Numbered from the stretch's first letter, positions 17,864 to 29,888 are shown. The stretch is DNA of 41,770 bases from Candidatus Glassbacteria bacterium (GCA_043805105.1 JAZDIG010000268.1:1-41770); one strand, 5' to 3'. Notes: a model not told the origin generated them from the sequence alone. Numbers and translations: made by a program.

Positions 17864-18862
17864 ATGGACAAGCGGCGCCCAGAGATGGTCCACCGCAGCG
17901 GCGTGCTGGCCGTGAACAAGCCCGCCGGGCCGACCAGCCACGATGTGGTCGACCGCCTCCGCCGGCTGCTGAACGTGCGCAAAGTCGGACATGCCGGCAC
18001 GCTCGATCCGGCTGCGGAGGGATTACTGATCCTCTGTATCGACGGCGCGACCCGGTTCTCCGGCTACCTGAGCGGTCTGGACAAGACTTACCGGGCCACT
18101 TTGCGGCTGGGCAGCGCCACCGCCACCGACGACGGCGAGGGCGAAGTCCTCACCCGCTACGATGGCGAGTTGGCGCCGGTCCTCGCCGGGGGTCGGCTGG
18201 AGGAAGCGGTCGGCTCTTTTGTGGGTGAAAGCCTTCAATTACCGCCGGCTTACAGCGCCAAAAAAGTGGAGGGTGTACCGGCTTACAAGCTCGCCCGGCG
18301 CGGCGAAAGTCCCAGGCTCGAGCCGGCGGCCGTGCATGCGGAACGGATTGAAATAACCGGAGTAGCCCTGCCGGACGTAAGCGTGGAAATCGACTGCTCG
18401 TCCGGGTTTTACCTGCGGGCCCTGGCCCGCGACCTCGGCCGGAAACTCGGCTGCGGCGCGCACCTGGCGAATCTGGTGCGCACGCGGATCGGTGATTTTA
18501 CCTTGGAGCGGGCGGTCTGGTTGGGCGATCTGGTCGGCGGCCGGGGTGTCGAAATAGTGGATCAGAAGCTGGTTGCGCTGGAAGACGCTCTTTCGTTTCT
18601 CCCGGCGGTTCGGCTCAGCTCTTCCGGCCGGGAAAAAGTCTGGTTCGGCAGGCAGGTGGCCCTCGGCACTCCGGACGTAGCCGGAGCGGATGAGACGGCC
18701 GGCGCCCAGCCTCCGGGCCTGGTGCAGATGCAGGACGCCGAGGGCGGCTTCCTGGGTGTGGCCCTGGTTCAGAGAGTCGGCAGGCAGGCCGGCAGTCTCA
18801 GGCCCAGGCGGCTGTTGCGGGAAGCATTTCCGCACGCGGATGCGGGTATCCAGGGCCGCTGA
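17864..18862 (+). CDS. truB: tRNA pseudouridine(55) synthase TruB
   Basis: GVLAVNKPAGPTSHDVV and KVGHAGTLDPAAEGLL (catalytic Asp), YSAKKV.G..AY. Confidence 0.92.
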   Translation: MDKRRPEMVHRSGVLAVNKPAGPTSHDVVDRLRRLLNVRKVGHAGTLDPAAEGLLILCIDGATRFSGYLSGLDKTYRATLRLGSATATDDGEGEVLTRYDGELAPVLAGGRLEEAVGSFVGESLQLPPAYSAKKVEGVPAYKLARRGESPRLEPAAVHAERIEITGVALPDVSVEIDCSSGFYLRALARDLGRKLGCGAHLANLVRTRIGDFTLERAVWLGDLVGGRGVEIVDQKLVALEDALSFLPAVRLSSSGREKVWFGRQVALGTPDVAGADETAGAQPPGLVQMQDAEGGFLGVALVQRVGRQAGSLRPRRLLREAFPHADAGIQGR

Positions 18863-18922
18863 ACGACATAGGCAAGCGGTGCTGACCGGCCGGGCGCAGG
18901 TCCCGGAGGCGGCAGAGGATAG

Positions 18923-19894
18923 ATGGCAGAATTCAAGGATAGAGTTTCGCCGGTACTTGGCGAAAAGGTCAGCACGGCGGTGACCGTCGGTACGTTCGAC
19001 GGCCTGCACAAGGGGCATCTGAGCATCCTGGAGGAATTGCGCAAGGCGGCCGGCAAGAGAGGCCTGAGCTCGATGGTGATCACTTTCGATCCCCATCCGC
19101 GGCAGGTGCTTCAGCCCGAGGCCCGTATCCGGCTGCTCAGCTCCACCGAAGCCAAGATCAAGCTCTGCGCCGAACTGGGTATCGATTACGTCACCGTGCT
19201 CGAATTCAACCGGGAGCTGTCGCAGGTCACCGCCGAAAGGTTCGTGATCGACTACCTGATCGGCCGCTACAACATGAAGTGCCTGGTGATGGGCTACGAC
19301 CACGCTTTCGGCCGGGACCGGCAGGGTGGGGAAAAAGTCCTGCGGGAACTGGTGAAAGTTTACGACTATGACCTGATCAAGGTTCCGCCGGTCATAATCG
19401 ACGGGCGGCCGATTTCCAGTTCCTGGGTCCGTTCCCGCCTGGAGGACGGCGACCTGAAGACCGTGGCCAGGCTGCTGGGCCGCTTTTATTCATTCAGCGG
19501 CACGGTGGTGGCCGGGGCCGGACGGGGCAAGAAGCTGGGTCACCCGACGGCGAATCTCGAGCCGGTGGAGGCGGGCGGACTCGAGCTGTTTCCCGATGGA
19601 ATCTACGCGGCGGCCGTGGACCTGGAAGGCGAAATGCTGCCGGGAGCGCTGCATCACGGGCCCCGGCCCACGTTCGATGAAACCGAAAGCACGCTTGAGC
19701 TCAACCTCTTCGACTACTCGGGCAACCTTTACGGCAGAACGCTCGAAGTGTTCGTGATCGAGAGGATCAGGCCGATCCTGCGTTTTGACAGTGCGGATGC
19801 GCTGACCAGGCAGATGGATGCCGACGACGAAGAGGTCAGGCGGGTCTTCGAAAAAATGAGATCTTCCACGGCCGCACTTCGCCGTGCTGTGTAA
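18923..19894 (+). CDS. ribF: bifunctional riboflavin kinase / FMN adenylyltransferase
   Basis: TVGTFDGLHKGHLSIL, ITFDPHP, and kinase domain GRGKKLGHPTANL...LEL.LFD. Confidence 0.92.
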   Translation: MAEFKDRVSPVLGEKVSTAVTVGTFDGLHKGHLSILEELRKAAGKRGLSSMVITFDPHPRQVLQPEARIRLLSSTEAKIKLCAELGIDYVTVLEFNRELSQVTAERFVIDYLIGRYNMKCLVMGYDHAFGRDRQGGEKVLRELVKVYDYDLIKVPPVIIDGRPISSSWVRSRLEDGDLKTVARLLGRFYSFSGTVVAGAGRGKKLGHPTANLEPVEAGGLELFPDGIYAAAVDLEGEMLPGALHHGPRPTFDETESTLELNLFDYSGNLYGRTLEVFVIERIRPILRFDSADALTRQMDADDEEVRRVFEKMRSSTAALRRAV

Positions 19895-19942
19895 TGGAAT
19901 TGACGCAGTCAATCCTACATAAACGTTTGTGGAGGAATTTGC

Positions 19943-20212
19943 ATGAGCATCACCAGGGAGGCCAAGGCGGAAGTTATCCGGAACTTCCGGAAGCATGACA
20001 CGGACGTGGGCGGCGCGGAAGTCCAGATTGCGATTCTGACCGAAAGAATCCGCAATCTCACCGAGCATTTCAAGATCCACAAGAAGGACTTTCATTCCAG
20101 GCGCGGCCTGCTGCAAATGGTGAGCCAGCGCAAGAGGTTGCTGGAGTACCTGCGCAACAATGACTATGATTCTTACAAGCGGATACTCGAAAGCCTCAAT
20201 CTCAGGAAATAG
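19943..20212 (+). CDS. rpsO: 30S ribosomal protein S15
   Basis: [46 protein letters not shown] matches S15. Confidence 0.96.
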   Translation: MSITREAKAEVIRNFRKHDTDVGGAEVQIAILTERIRNLTEHFKIHKKDFHSRRGLLQMVSQRKRLLEYLRNNDYDSYKRILESLNLRK

Positions 20213-20230
20213 TCCTGCTGGACTGGAACC

Positions 20231-20259
20231 AACCGTCCGGGACTTGCCCGGGCGGTTTT
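20231..20259 (+). terminator. hairpin with a short T run between rpsO and pnp (partial terminator/processing site)
   Basis: Stem AACCGTCCGGG / CCCGGGCGGTT (one mismatch) with loop ACTTG, followed by TTTT. Confidence 0.5.
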
Positions 20260-20349
20260 CGCTGTTGATGGACCGCGCACCCGTTTTCAGCTTCGGGCGG
20301 CCGTTCCGTTGATGAAGTGGATGAAGACAATCACAGTTGTTGGAAGGAA

Positions 20350-22449
20350 ATGATGATTCATAGAGTTGAAAAAATTATCGGCGGCAGGAAACTCACTCTC
20401 GAGACCGGCCGCATGGCCAAGCAGGCCCACGGTGCGACGTTTCTTCAGTACGGAGAGACCGCCGTGCTGGCTACCGTGGTGGAAAGCAAGGACCCCAAGG
20501 AGGGCGTCGACTTTCTGCCGCTTTTCGTTGACTACCGCGAACGCTCCTATGCCGGAGGCAAGATACCGGGCGGCTTTTTCAAGCGTGAGGGCCGTCCCAG
20601 CGACCGGGAAGTGCTCTACGCCCGTTTGATCGATCGGCCGATCCGGTCGCTGTTCCCGGACGGCTATCACTACGATGTGGTGGTGATGGTCACCGTGCTC
20701 AGCTCCGACCAGGAGAATCCGGCCGATGTGCTGGGCATGATCGGAGCCTCGACCTCGATAGCGCTCAGCCAGATTCCCCTTACCGACATGGTCGCGGCCG
20801 TTCGGGTGGGTTATCTCGACGGCAATTACGTCCTCAATCCCACCTGGGAGCAGACCGAAAAATCCCAGCTCAACCTGGTGGTGGCCGGGACGAGAAAGAC
20901 GATCGTAATGGTCGAGGGCGGAGCCCAGGAACTGCCGGCGGACCTCGTTCTGGGTGGACTCAAGTTCGCACAGGGCGGGATCGGCGAAATCATCGACCTG
21001 ATCGAGCAGATCGCCGCGCAGGCCGGTGTGCCCAAGCGCCAGTTCGTCCCGCCGGCAGTGAATCAGGCGCTCCTGGAGAGGGTCCAGTCCAGGGTGGAGT
21101 TGCCCTTGGAACAAATCCTCTCGATCAGTGACAAGGTGGAGCGGGAAACCCGCTACGCGGACCTGGTGGCTGAAGTGGAGCGCGACCTCGAGGACGAATT
21201 TCCCGAGCAGGAGGGGGAGATTGCGCTCGTGGTGGGCGACATTGAGAAGAGGAAGATGCGCAGGATGGTCCTCCGGGAAAGCCGGCGCATCGATGGCCGC
21301 CGGATGGACGAAATCCGGCCGATCACCTGCGAGCTGCAGGTGCTGCCGCGCGTGCACGGGTCGGCGCTGTTTACCCGCGGCCAGACCCAGGCGCTCGCCT
21401 CGGTCACTCTCGGCACCTTCATCGACAGCCAGGTTATCGACGGGATCGAGCAGCCCGAGTATCGCAAGGAATTCATGCTGCACTACAACTTCCCCTCTTT
21501 CAGCGTGGGTGAGCCGGGGATTCCCCGGGGACCGGGACGGCGCGAGATCGGCCACGGCGCGCTGGCTGAAAGGGCCCTTTTGCCCGTGATCACTCAGGAT
21601 GAAAGCTTTCCCTACACGATCAGGCTCGTCTCCGATATTCTTGAATCCAACGGTTCGAGCTCTATGGCTTCGGTTTGCGGCGGCTCGCTGGCGCTGATGG
21701 ACGCCGGCGTACCGATCACCAAGGCTGTGGCCGGGATCGCCATGGGCCTCGTCTACGAACCGGAGGGTGCGGCGATCCTCAGCGACATCCTCGGCGTCGA
21801 GGACCACCTGGGAGACATGGATTTCAAGGTGGCAGGCACGCGCGATGGGATCACCGCCTTCCAGCTCGACAGCAAAATCGGCGGCATCCCTCTGGAGGTG
21901 CTGGAGCGCGCCATGCAGCAGGCGGTGCACGGCTACAACTCGATTCTGGAGATCATGAACCAGGCGATCTCCAGCCCGCGTCCGGCGATCAGCCCGTACG
22001 CGCCGAGGATCTATACCCTGAAGATTCACCCGGACAAGATCCGCGAAGTGATCGGCCCCGGGGGCAAGATTATCCGCAAGATCGTCGAGGAGACCGGAGC
22101 CAAGATCGATATCGAGGACGACGGTACGGTGACGATCGCCTCCAGCGACGAGAAAGCCTGCAAGGAAGCGATCCACCGCATCGAGGACATCGTCCAGGAT
22201 CCGGAGGTCGGCCGGATCTACGACAGCGTGGTCAAGACGGTCACTTCCTTCGGTGCATTCGTCGAGTTCCTGCCGGGCCGCGAGGGCCTGGTGCATATCT
22301 CCGAACTCGAAAAGCAACGGGTAAACGATATCGACAAGGTGGTCAAGGTGGGTGACCGCTTCCCGGTCAAGCTGGTCGGCATCGACAAGCAGAACCGGGT
22401 GAGACTTTCCAAGGTGGCCGCCATGGATGACCTGGCAGGCAAACAGTAG
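20350..22449 (+). CDS. pnp: polyribonucleotide nucleotidyltransferase (PNPase)
   Basis: Two RNase PH domains, a KH domain (IGPGGKIIRKI) and an S1 domain (FGAFVEF..GREGLVHISE). Start set at ATG 20350 (MMIHRVEKIIGGRKLTLETG, GGAAGGA SD); the track start is 20317. Confidence 0.95.
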   Translation: MMIHRVEKIIGGRKLTLETGRMAKQAHGATFLQYGETAVLATVVESKDPKEGVDFLPLFVDYRERSYAGGKIPGGFFKREGRPSDREVLYARLIDRPIRSLFPDGYHYDVVVMVTVLSSDQENPADVLGMIGASTSIALSQIPLTDMVAAVRVGYLDGNYVLNPTWEQTEKSQLNLVVAGTRKTIVMVEGGAQELPADLVLGGLKFAQGGIGEIIDLIEQIAAQAGVPKRQFVPPAVNQALLERVQSRVELPLEQILSISDKVERETRYADLVAEVERDLEDEFPEQEGEIALVVGDIEKRKMRRMVLRESRRIDGRRMDEIRPITCELQVLPRVHGSALFTRGQTQALASVTLGTFIDSQVIDGIEQPEYRKEFMLHYNFPSFSVGEPGIPRGPGRREIGHGALAERALLPVITQDESFPYTIRLVSDILESNGSSSMASVCGGSLALMDAGVPITKAVAGIAMGLVYEPEGAAILSDILGVEDHLGDMDFKVAGTRDGITAFQLDSKIGGIPLEVLERAMQQAVHGYNSILEIMNQAISSPRPAISPYAPRIYTLKIHPDKIREVIGPGGKIIRKIVEETGAKIDIEDDGTVTIASSDEKACKEAIHRIEDIVQDPEVGRIYDSVVKTVTSFGAFVEFLPGREGLVHISELEKQRVNDIDKVVKVGDRFPVKLVGIDKQNRVRLSKVAAMDDLAGKQ

Positions 22450-22478
22450 GCGGTGCGGCCCTCGAACGCAGGGGAACA

Positions 22479-23738
22479 ATGAAGGAAGACGTAAGGAGAA
22501 TCGTGGAAGACAACGGGATGCGTATCCTGCTGGAGCGCATCCCTCACGTCCGTTCCTGCTCCGTCGGGTTGTGGATCAACCGGGGCAGCCGGCACGAACC
22601 GCCTGACAAGATCGGAATCAGCCACTTCCTCGAACACATGGTGTTCAAGGGAACCCCCAGGCGTTCCGCCCGCGAAATAGCCTCCGCCGTCGAATCGGTC
22701 GGCGGCAGTATCGACGCCTTTACCGGCAGGGAATACACCTGTTTCTACGCCAAGGTGCTCGATGAGTACGTGGACCTGGCGGTGGACGTGCTGGGCGACC
22801 TGGTGCACGAACCCACGTTCACCGAGGAGAACATCGAGCGCGAAAAGAACGTGGTCTACGAGGAGATCCGCAACATGGAGGATACTCCCGACGACCTGAT
22901 CCATCAGCTCTATTCGCAGGTGATTTGGGGCGACGGGCCGTTGGGCTATCCGCTCCTGGGTACTTACGATACAGTCGGCGCTCTCGCCAGCCAGGATGTC
23001 CGGAATTACCTGAACGGCCAGTACGTCGCTCCCAACGTGGTCGTCGCCCTGGCCGGTAACATCGACTACGCCGCCACTCTGGAAATCCTGCGCCGCAACC
23101 TTGATTTCCTCGATGACCGGCTGGTGGCCGGCAACGGTCCCGGCCCCGGCGACGGGGAAATTTCTCCGGTCGAGCTCCGGCCCCGGTTCCAGCACCTTGA
23201 CCGCGACTGCCAGCAGACCCATCTCTGCCTGGGCACGGTGAGCTTCGCCCATTCCGACCCCCGCCGCTACGCGTTGCTCTTGTTGAGCAACATCGTGGGA
23301 GGGGGAATGAGCAGCCGCCTGTTCCAGCGCGTGCGCGAGGAAGAGGCGCTGGCCTACGTGGTCTACAGCTTTCAGCAGTTCTACATCGACACCGGCCTGT
23401 ACGGGGTCTATATCGGCACCGAGCCGAAGCGGCGGGACCGGGCAATGGAAGTGGTGCGCCAGGAGTATGCCAGGCTGCTGGACCAGGGGGTGACCGACCA
23501 GGAGCTCGACCATGCCAAGAACCAGCTCAAGGGGCAGCTTCTGCTGGGTCTGGAAAGCACCACTACCCGGATGTTCAGGCTGGCCAATTTCGAGATCAAC
23601 GGGGAGGGATACCAGACGGCCGACGAGGTTATCCGCCGGATCGAATCGGTCACCATTGCCGACCTCCACGACGTGGCCCGCCTCATCCTCGACCCGAACC
23701 GCATCTTCACCGTGTCGCTGGGACCCAACCACGGCTGA
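22479..23738 (+). CDS. M16 family (pitrilysin/insulinase-like) zinc peptidase
   Basis: HxxEH motif in GISHFLEHMVFKGT. Its position after pnp matches Bacillus mlpA/ymxG. Confidence 0.88.
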   Translation: MKEDVRRIVEDNGMRILLERIPHVRSCSVGLWINRGSRHEPPDKIGISHFLEHMVFKGTPRRSAREIASAVESVGGSIDAFTGREYTCFYAKVLDEYVDLAVDVLGDLVHEPTFTEENIEREKNVVYEEIRNMEDTPDDLIHQLYSQVIWGDGPLGYPLLGTYDTVGALASQDVRNYLNGQYVAPNVVVALAGNIDYAATLEILRRNLDFLDDRLVAGNGPGPGDGEISPVELRPRFQHLDRDCQQTHLCLGTVSFAHSDPRRYALLLLSNIVGGGMSSRLFQRVREEEALAYVVYSFQQFYIDTGLYGVYIGTEPKRRDRAMEVVRQEYARLLDQGVTDQELDHAKNQLKGQLLLGLESTTTRMFRLANFEINGEGYQTADEVIRRIESVTIADLHDVARLILDPNRIFTVSLGPNHG

Positions 23739-23768
23739 TTCCGGAACACTTCGGGAAATCCTGCACTA

Positions 23769-23800
23769 CCCCGGCTGTTTTGACAGCGGGGTTTATTTTT
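23769..23800 (+). terminator. intrinsic terminator after the M16 peptidase gene
   Basis: Stem CCCCG(G)CTG / CAGCGGGG with loop TTTTGA, followed by TTTATTTTT. Confidence 0.65.
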
Positions 23801-23807
23801 ATATATT
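23780..23807 (+). promoter_or_regulatory. promoter candidate TTGACA-N16-TATATT upstream of rsmA
   Basis: The consensus -35 is embedded in the terminator loop/3' arm, and the -10 matches 5/6. It sits 40 nt upstream of ATG 23847. Confidence 0.45.
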
Positions 23808-23846
23808 GAACTTAGCAGTATTTAATTCAGGGAATCCCGACCGCAG

Positions 23847-24698
23847 ATGGAAACTACGAGGCGGAGCGCGTCGGCTGGCCGCAGCCGCCGACAGCGTAAA
23901 AGACTGGGGCAGCATTTCCTGAAAGACCGGTCAGTGGTCCGGCGGATAATCGAGGCGCTGGAACCCCTCCAGGAGGCGCACGTACTGGAGATCGGAGCGG
24001 GCCGGGGCGCCCTGACCGGGGAGCTGACCGGGCGGGCCGGCCGTCTCACCGCTCTCGAACTGGACTCCAGCCTGGCCGGACGGCTCGAACTGGAGTTCAC
24101 CTCTTCGCCCCGGGTGACCGTTCTGAGATCCGATGCCTCGGCTTTTGACTACTCGGCCTGGGCGCAGGCGGCCAAGCCGGAGCGGCCGGTGATCGTGGGA
24201 AACATCCCCTACAGCATCACCAATGCCCTCCTGCACGCGCTGATCGCTCACGGCGGGTCACTGGGCACCGTAGTGCTGATGCTGCAGGAGGAAGTGGCGC
24301 GGAGAATTACCGCCCAGGCAGGCGGCAAGCCTTACGGTATGCTGACAGTGCTGGCGAACTATCATGCCGCGGTGGATTATCTTTTCGCAGTCAAGAGAGA
24401 CTCTTTTGCGCCGCCGCCCGCAGTGGATTCGGCCGTGGTGAGGTTCGATTTTGGCCGGCCGCACCGGCCGCGGGCCCGGGACGAGCGGTCCTTCGAGTTT
24501 CTGGTGCGCAGGTTGTTCGACCAGCGGCGCAAGCAGGTGCAGAAAATCCTGCGCCTGACTTCCCAGTTCGCTCTCGGTCCGGACTCGCTCGCCAGTCTGG
24601 CCGTGGCCACTGGGATCGATCTTTCAAGCCGGCCGGAACGGCTTACCGTGGACCAGTTCGTCCGGCTGTCGGATGCGCTGGCCGAAAGCGAAAGCTGA
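23847..24698 (+). CDS. rsmA: 16S rRNA (adenine1518/1519-N6)-dimethyltransferase
   Basis: LGQHFLKD, LEIGAGRGALT, VGNIPYSIT. Confidence 0.92.
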   Translation: METTRRSASAGRSRRQRKRLGQHFLKDRSVVRRIIEALEPLQEAHVLEIGAGRGALTGELTGRAGRLTALELDSSLAGRLELEFTSSPRVTVLRSDASAFDYSAWAQAAKPERPVIVGNIPYSITNALLHALIAHGGSLGTVVLMLQEEVARRITAQAGGKPYGMLTVLANYHAAVDYLFAVKRDSFAPPPAVDSAVVRFDFGRPHRPRARDERSFEFLVRRLFDQRRKQVQKILRLTSQFALGPDSLASLAVATGIDLSSRPERLTVDQFVRLSDALAESES

Positions 24699-24715
24699 GC
24701 GGCGGGCTGACTTAC

Positions 24716-24731
24716 TGGTATGAATATTGCT
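24716..24731 (+). promoter_or_regulatory. sigma54-type (-24/-12) promoter candidate TGGTAT-N5-TTGCT
   Basis: Matches TGGCAC-N5-TTGCW with the invariant GG and GC at exact spacing and two mismatches. It is intergenic, 82 nt upstream of the FliN-like start. Confidence 0.4.
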
Positions 24732-24812
24732 ACAAATTATCGCGGAAAATCGTGCTTTTCCCGCTTTCAGGCTGAATCCCGGCGGGCGGACAACTTGAAG
24801 AACGGAGTCTAA

Positions 24813-25166
24813 ATGAACAGTCAGCTCGGAAAGCCCAAAGTAAGCAAGCTCGAACTGGAGCGATTCGAGCAGGCTCAGAAGCCTGAAAAAAACTTAGAGA
24901 TCAAACGGCTCAACGACATCACCCTGGAGCTGCGCGCTGAACTGGGACAGAGTAAAGTACCGCTGAAAGAAATCCTTAGCTGGAAGAAGGACGCTATTAT
25001 CACGCTCGACAAGCTCGCGGGTGAGAACGTGGACATTTACATCCAGGGCATACGTTTTGCCAGCGGTGAAGTGCTGGTGGTGGAAGACAACTTTGCGGTG
25101 CGTCTCACCGAACTGCTCAGCTACATCGAGCGGGTCAAGCTGGGACTTGGCCGGGCCACTGAGTAG
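24813..25166 (+). CDS. FliN/SpoA-domain flagellar switch-like protein (orphan)
   Basis: LDKLAGENVDIYIQGIRFASGEVLVVEDNFAVRLTELL aligns closely with E. coli FliN [42 protein letters not shown] SD. Confidence 0.8.
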   Translation: MNSQLGKPKVSKLELERFEQAQKPEKNLEIKRLNDITLELRAELGQSKVPLKEILSWKKDAIITLDKLAGENVDIYIQGIRFASGEVLVVEDNFAVRLTELLSYIERVKLGLGRATE

Positions 25167-25238
25167 CCTGCCGGAGCCGGCCCGGGCGTCTCCCGCCGCA
25201 TCCCGAGAATCTCACAGCCGTTCGGAAAAATTGCCGCC

Positions 25239-25802
25239 ATGTCTGGGGAAGTTAAAAACCTGCTCATTACCGGACCCTTCCTGATTGCCCTTCTGGTTCT
25301 GCTGTTCTGGCTCTTGCGAGCCCTGATCCCCACCCGTCGGGATATCATCAGGCAGCAGACCCAGGACAAGTTCGATCTGGCCGGCTACGAAAGCATCGAA
25401 TCGATCCGGCGCAAAGAGTACTCGGTGATCGGGCTGAGCGTGTTCGTCGTCCTGCTGGTACTGGGGGTGATCGGTGGAATGGGCTACCTTCTGTTCAGCT
25501 CGGGGATGAGCGCGATGGCCAGTGACATCCAGGGAATGAACACGATTCTGATGTACGTGCCGGCGGTTATTTTCCTGATACTGATCGTCGCGGGTTCGAC
25601 TACCTACATCAAGCGCCAGCAGCATACCATGAAGGAATACAAGGTTTTCCAGACCAACCGAGCCAATGCGATCCAGGAGTATCAGGCCAAACGGGCGGGG
25701 AAAACCAAGGAAGAACAGGACGCGGAGAAAAAGAAGGGGAAACCGGCTCCGAAGAAAACCACGCCTGCTCCGGCGAAACCGGCCCGGAGGACTGGTAAAT
25801 AA
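25239..25802 (+). CDS. hypothetical membrane protein (about 3 TM helices, Lys/Pro-rich basic tail)
   Basis: Hydrophobic segments LITGPFLIALLVLLFWLL, VIGLSVFVVLLVLGVIGGMGYLLF and ILMYVPAVIFLILIVAG. The tail is KKKGKPAPKKTTPAPAKPARRTGK. No family recognised. Confidence 0.6.
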   Translation: MSGEVKNLLITGPFLIALLVLLFWLLRALIPTRRDIIRQQTQDKFDLAGYESIESIRRKEYSVIGLSVFVVLLVLGVIGGMGYLLFSSGMSAMASDIQGMNTILMYVPAVIFLILIVAGSTTYIKRQQHTMKEYKVFQTNRANAIQEYQAKRAGKTKEEQDAEKKKGKPAPKKTTPAPAKPARRTGK

Positions 25803-25851
25803 AAATGGTGGATTAAGAACCCTCGGTTTGCCGTCCTGGCGATCTTTCAAG

Positions 25852-25894
25852 AAAAAACGGCGGAAAGGCTGTCGCCTTCCGCCGTTTTCATTTT
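25852..25894. terminator. bidirectional intrinsic terminator between convergent genes
   Basis: Stem ACGGCGGAA(A)GGC / GCCTTCCGCCGT with a 4-nt loop, an A6 run upstream and TTTTCATTTT downstream. Confidence 0.85.
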
Positions 25895-25915
25895 CGGATA
25901 ACTGGCCGACTCCGG

Positions 25916-27366
<1,451 letters not shown>

Positions 27367-27425
27367 GGCTCGGTCCCGCCGGAGACAGCCTTCACGTAAA
27401 GTACATCAGGGCGCAATCATTATCT

Positions 27426-27454
27426 AATATTAGTCGTTCCGCCTTTCTTGTCAA
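27426..27454 (-). promoter_or_regulatory. promoter candidate TTGACA-N16/17-TAATAT/AATATT upstream of the 126-aa ORF
   Basis: Consensus -35 on the minus strand at 27449-27454, in the lon / small-ORF spacer. Confidence 0.4.
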
Positions 27455-27500
27455 TGCCGCCCTGGGCCTGATTGGAGACATTCTACTTTATAAAGGCAGA

Positions 27501-29888
27501 CTAATCCGTTTTGCAACAACTTTCCTCATGAACCAGGGCGATTTCCAGAAGTTCCCTGACGTTGTCCACCGGATCGAACTCGAGTTCCCGGGTGACCTCC
27601 TCGGGCAGGTCGGTCAAATCTTTTTTGTTTTCGGCCGGGAGCACCACCCGCTTTATTCCAGCCCGATGCGCGGCCAGCACTTTTTCCTTGATCCCACCCA
27701 CCGGCAGCACTTTGCCGCGCAGGGTAATTTCTCCGGTCATGGCCACCTCGTGGCGCACCGGGACCCCGGAGAGAAGGCTGGCCAGGGCGGTGAGGATCGC
27801 CACGCCCGCGCTCGGACCATCCTTGGGAGTGGCACCGGAAGGCACATGCAGGTGGATGTCGTAGCTGGTGAACGATTCCTCGTCGATCCCGAACGCCCGG
27901 CGGTTGGCGCGCAAGTAGCTGTAGGCCGCCATCGCCGATTCCCGCATCACTTCGCCGAGCTGGCCGGTGAGTTCGAAATTTTTCTGGCCCTCCATCTTGA
28001 GCGCTTCCACGAAAAGGATTTCGCCGCCGTAGGCGGTCCAGGCCAGAGCGGTGGCTACTCCCACTTCCGGGCTGCGGCCGGCGGTTTCGGGCAGGAATCT
28101 GGTCGGACCCAGGTAATCGGAGAGCTCCTGGGGCAGCACCCTGGAATGAAACTCGCCCTCCAGCAGCGCCAGGGCCGTCTTGCGGCATAAGGTGGAAATG
28201 GAGCGTTCCAGTTCCCGTACACCCGATTCCCGGGTATAGCGGTTGATTATCTCCAGCAGGGTCCGGTCCGGCAGCTTCAGCAGGCCGTCCCCGGCCAGGC
28301 CGTTTTCTTCGAGCTGGCGCGGCATCAGGTGCTGCCGGGCGATCTTGAGCTTTTCGGCCGGCGTATATCCGGCCATTTCGATTATTTCGAGCCGGTCGCG
28401 CAGGGCGTACGGGATCTGGTGGTAGAGGTTGGCCGTGGCGATGAAAAATACCTTGGAGAGGTCGAAATTGATTTCGAGGTAATGGTCGCTGAAAGTGGAG
28501 TTCTGGGCCGGATCGAGCACTTCCAGAAGGGCGTTGGCCGGGTCCGAGCGGTGATCGGAGCCCAGCTTGTCGATCTCGTCCAGCATCATCACCGGGTTGT
28601 TCTCTCTCACCCGGCGCAGCAACTGGATCAGACGGCCGGGCATGCTGGCGATGTAGGTGCGCCGGTGCCCCCGGATTTCCGCCTCGTCCCGGATCCCGCC
28701 CAGGGCGATCCGGCAGAACTTGCGGCCCAGGGACCGGGCGATGGATTTGCCCAGGCTGGTCTTACCCACGCCCGGCGGACCCACGAAACAGAGGATGGGA
28801 CCCTTGGAGTCCTGCTTGAGCTGACGTACGGCCAGAAACTCGACTATCCGCTCTTTGACTTCCCGCAGGCCGTAATGGTCCTCGTCCAGGATCCGCCTGG
28901 CCTCGTTGATGTCGAGCTGGTCCTTGCAGGAGCTTTTCCAGGGAAGATTTATCAGCCAGTCGAGGTAGGTGCGGCTGACGTGGTATTCGCTGGCGGAGGG
29001 CGGGATGCGGCGCAGCCTTTCGAGCTCGCGGCGGGCCATCTCTTCCGCCTCTTCGCTCATGGAAGCCCTTTGGATGTCCAGTTCGAGCTGTTCGAGCTCC
29101 TTCTTGTGCGGATCGTCCTCGCCCAGCTCCAGACGGATCACCCGCAGCTGCTCGCGCAGGTAGTAATCCCGCTGCTCCTTGTCGAGCTGGCTTTTGACCT
29201 TGGTCTGGATCTGGCGTCCCAGCTCGAACAAGTTGCGCTCGCGCACCAACAGGTCGATTACGATCTGCGCGCGGCTCCTGGGATCGAGCATGAGGAAGAC
29301 CTGGCGCTTTTCCTGCAGCGGCAGATCGATGTTGGCGCAGACGAAGTCCGCCAGGTCGCCGGCGGCCTCCACCTGGTCGCTGGCCTCGCGCAAGTCGTCG
29401 GAGAGGCTGGGGTTGATGTCGATCATTTCGTGAAACAGCAGCAGCAGCGCCCTCTTCAGAGCCACCAGTTGCACCGGCGGCTCGGGCGGCTGATCGATCT
29501 CCTCCGGGTTACAGTAATGCAGCTCGCCCCCGGCTTCCACCCGGCCCAGTCGCACCCGCACCAGGCCCTGGATCAGCAGGCGGATCGAGGAGTCCTGCAT
29601 GCGCAGCATCTTGAGCACCCGGCCCAGGGTGCCCACGGTGAGAAACTTCCCGCTCTTGCGCTCCTCGGGATCGCCTTCAGTAAAATCGGTGGCCGGGTAA
29701 CCCAGCACCACGAGCTGTTTGTCCGAAATGTGGTCTTCCACGAGCTGGGCGAAAGAGCCTTCCGGGATCACCACCGGAACCACCACGTTGGGAAATACGA
29801 CCCTGTCTTCGATGGACAGGAGGGGCAGAATGTTGGGGAGGTCTTCCACGACGGAGAGCGGCTTTTCCGGCCTGACGGCAGGTTTCAT
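27501..29888 (-). CDS. lon: ATP-dependent Lon protease (LonA)
   Basis: LON N-terminal domain, Walker [16 protein letters not shown], Walker B MMLDEIDK, and proteolytic Ser in [11 protein letters not shown] with downstream GGIKEK. Confidence 0.96.
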   Translation of the reverse strand: MKPAVRPEKPLSVVEDLPNILPLLSIEDRVVFPNVVVPVVIPEGSFAQLVEDHISDKQLVVLGYPATDFTEGDPEERKSGKFLTVGTLGRVLKMLRMQDSSIRLLIQGLVRVRLGRVEAGGELHYCNPEEIDQPPEPPVQLVALKRALLLLFHEMIDINPSLSDDLREASDQVEAAGDLADFVCANIDLPLQEKRQVFLMLDPRSRAQIVIDLLVRERNLFELGRQIQTKVKSQLDKEQRDYYLREQLRVIRLELGEDDPHKKELEQLELDIQRASMSEEAEEMARRELERLRRIPPSASEYHVSRTYLDWLINLPWKSSCKDQLDINEARRILDEDHYGLREVKERIVEFLAVRQLKQDSKGPILCFVGPPGVGKTSLGKSIARSLGRKFCRIALGGIRDEAEIRGHRRTYIASMPGRLIQLLRRVRENNPVMMLDEIDKLGSDHRSDPANALLEVLDPAQNSTFSDHYLEINFDLSKVFFIATANLYHQIPYALRDRLEIIEMAGYTPAEKLKIARQHLMPRQLEENGLAGDGLLKLPDRTLLEIINRYTRESGVRELERSISTLCRKTALALLEGEFHSRVLPQELSDYLGPTRFLPETAGRSPEVGVATALAWTAYGGEILFVEALKMEGQKNFELTGQLGEVMRESAMAAYSYLRANRRAFGIDEESFTSYDIHLHVPSGATPKDGPSAGVAILTALASLLSGVPVRHEVAMTGEITLRGKVLPVGGIKEKVLAAHRAGIKRVVLPAENKKDLTDLPEEVTRELEFDPVDNVRELLEIALVHEESCCKTD

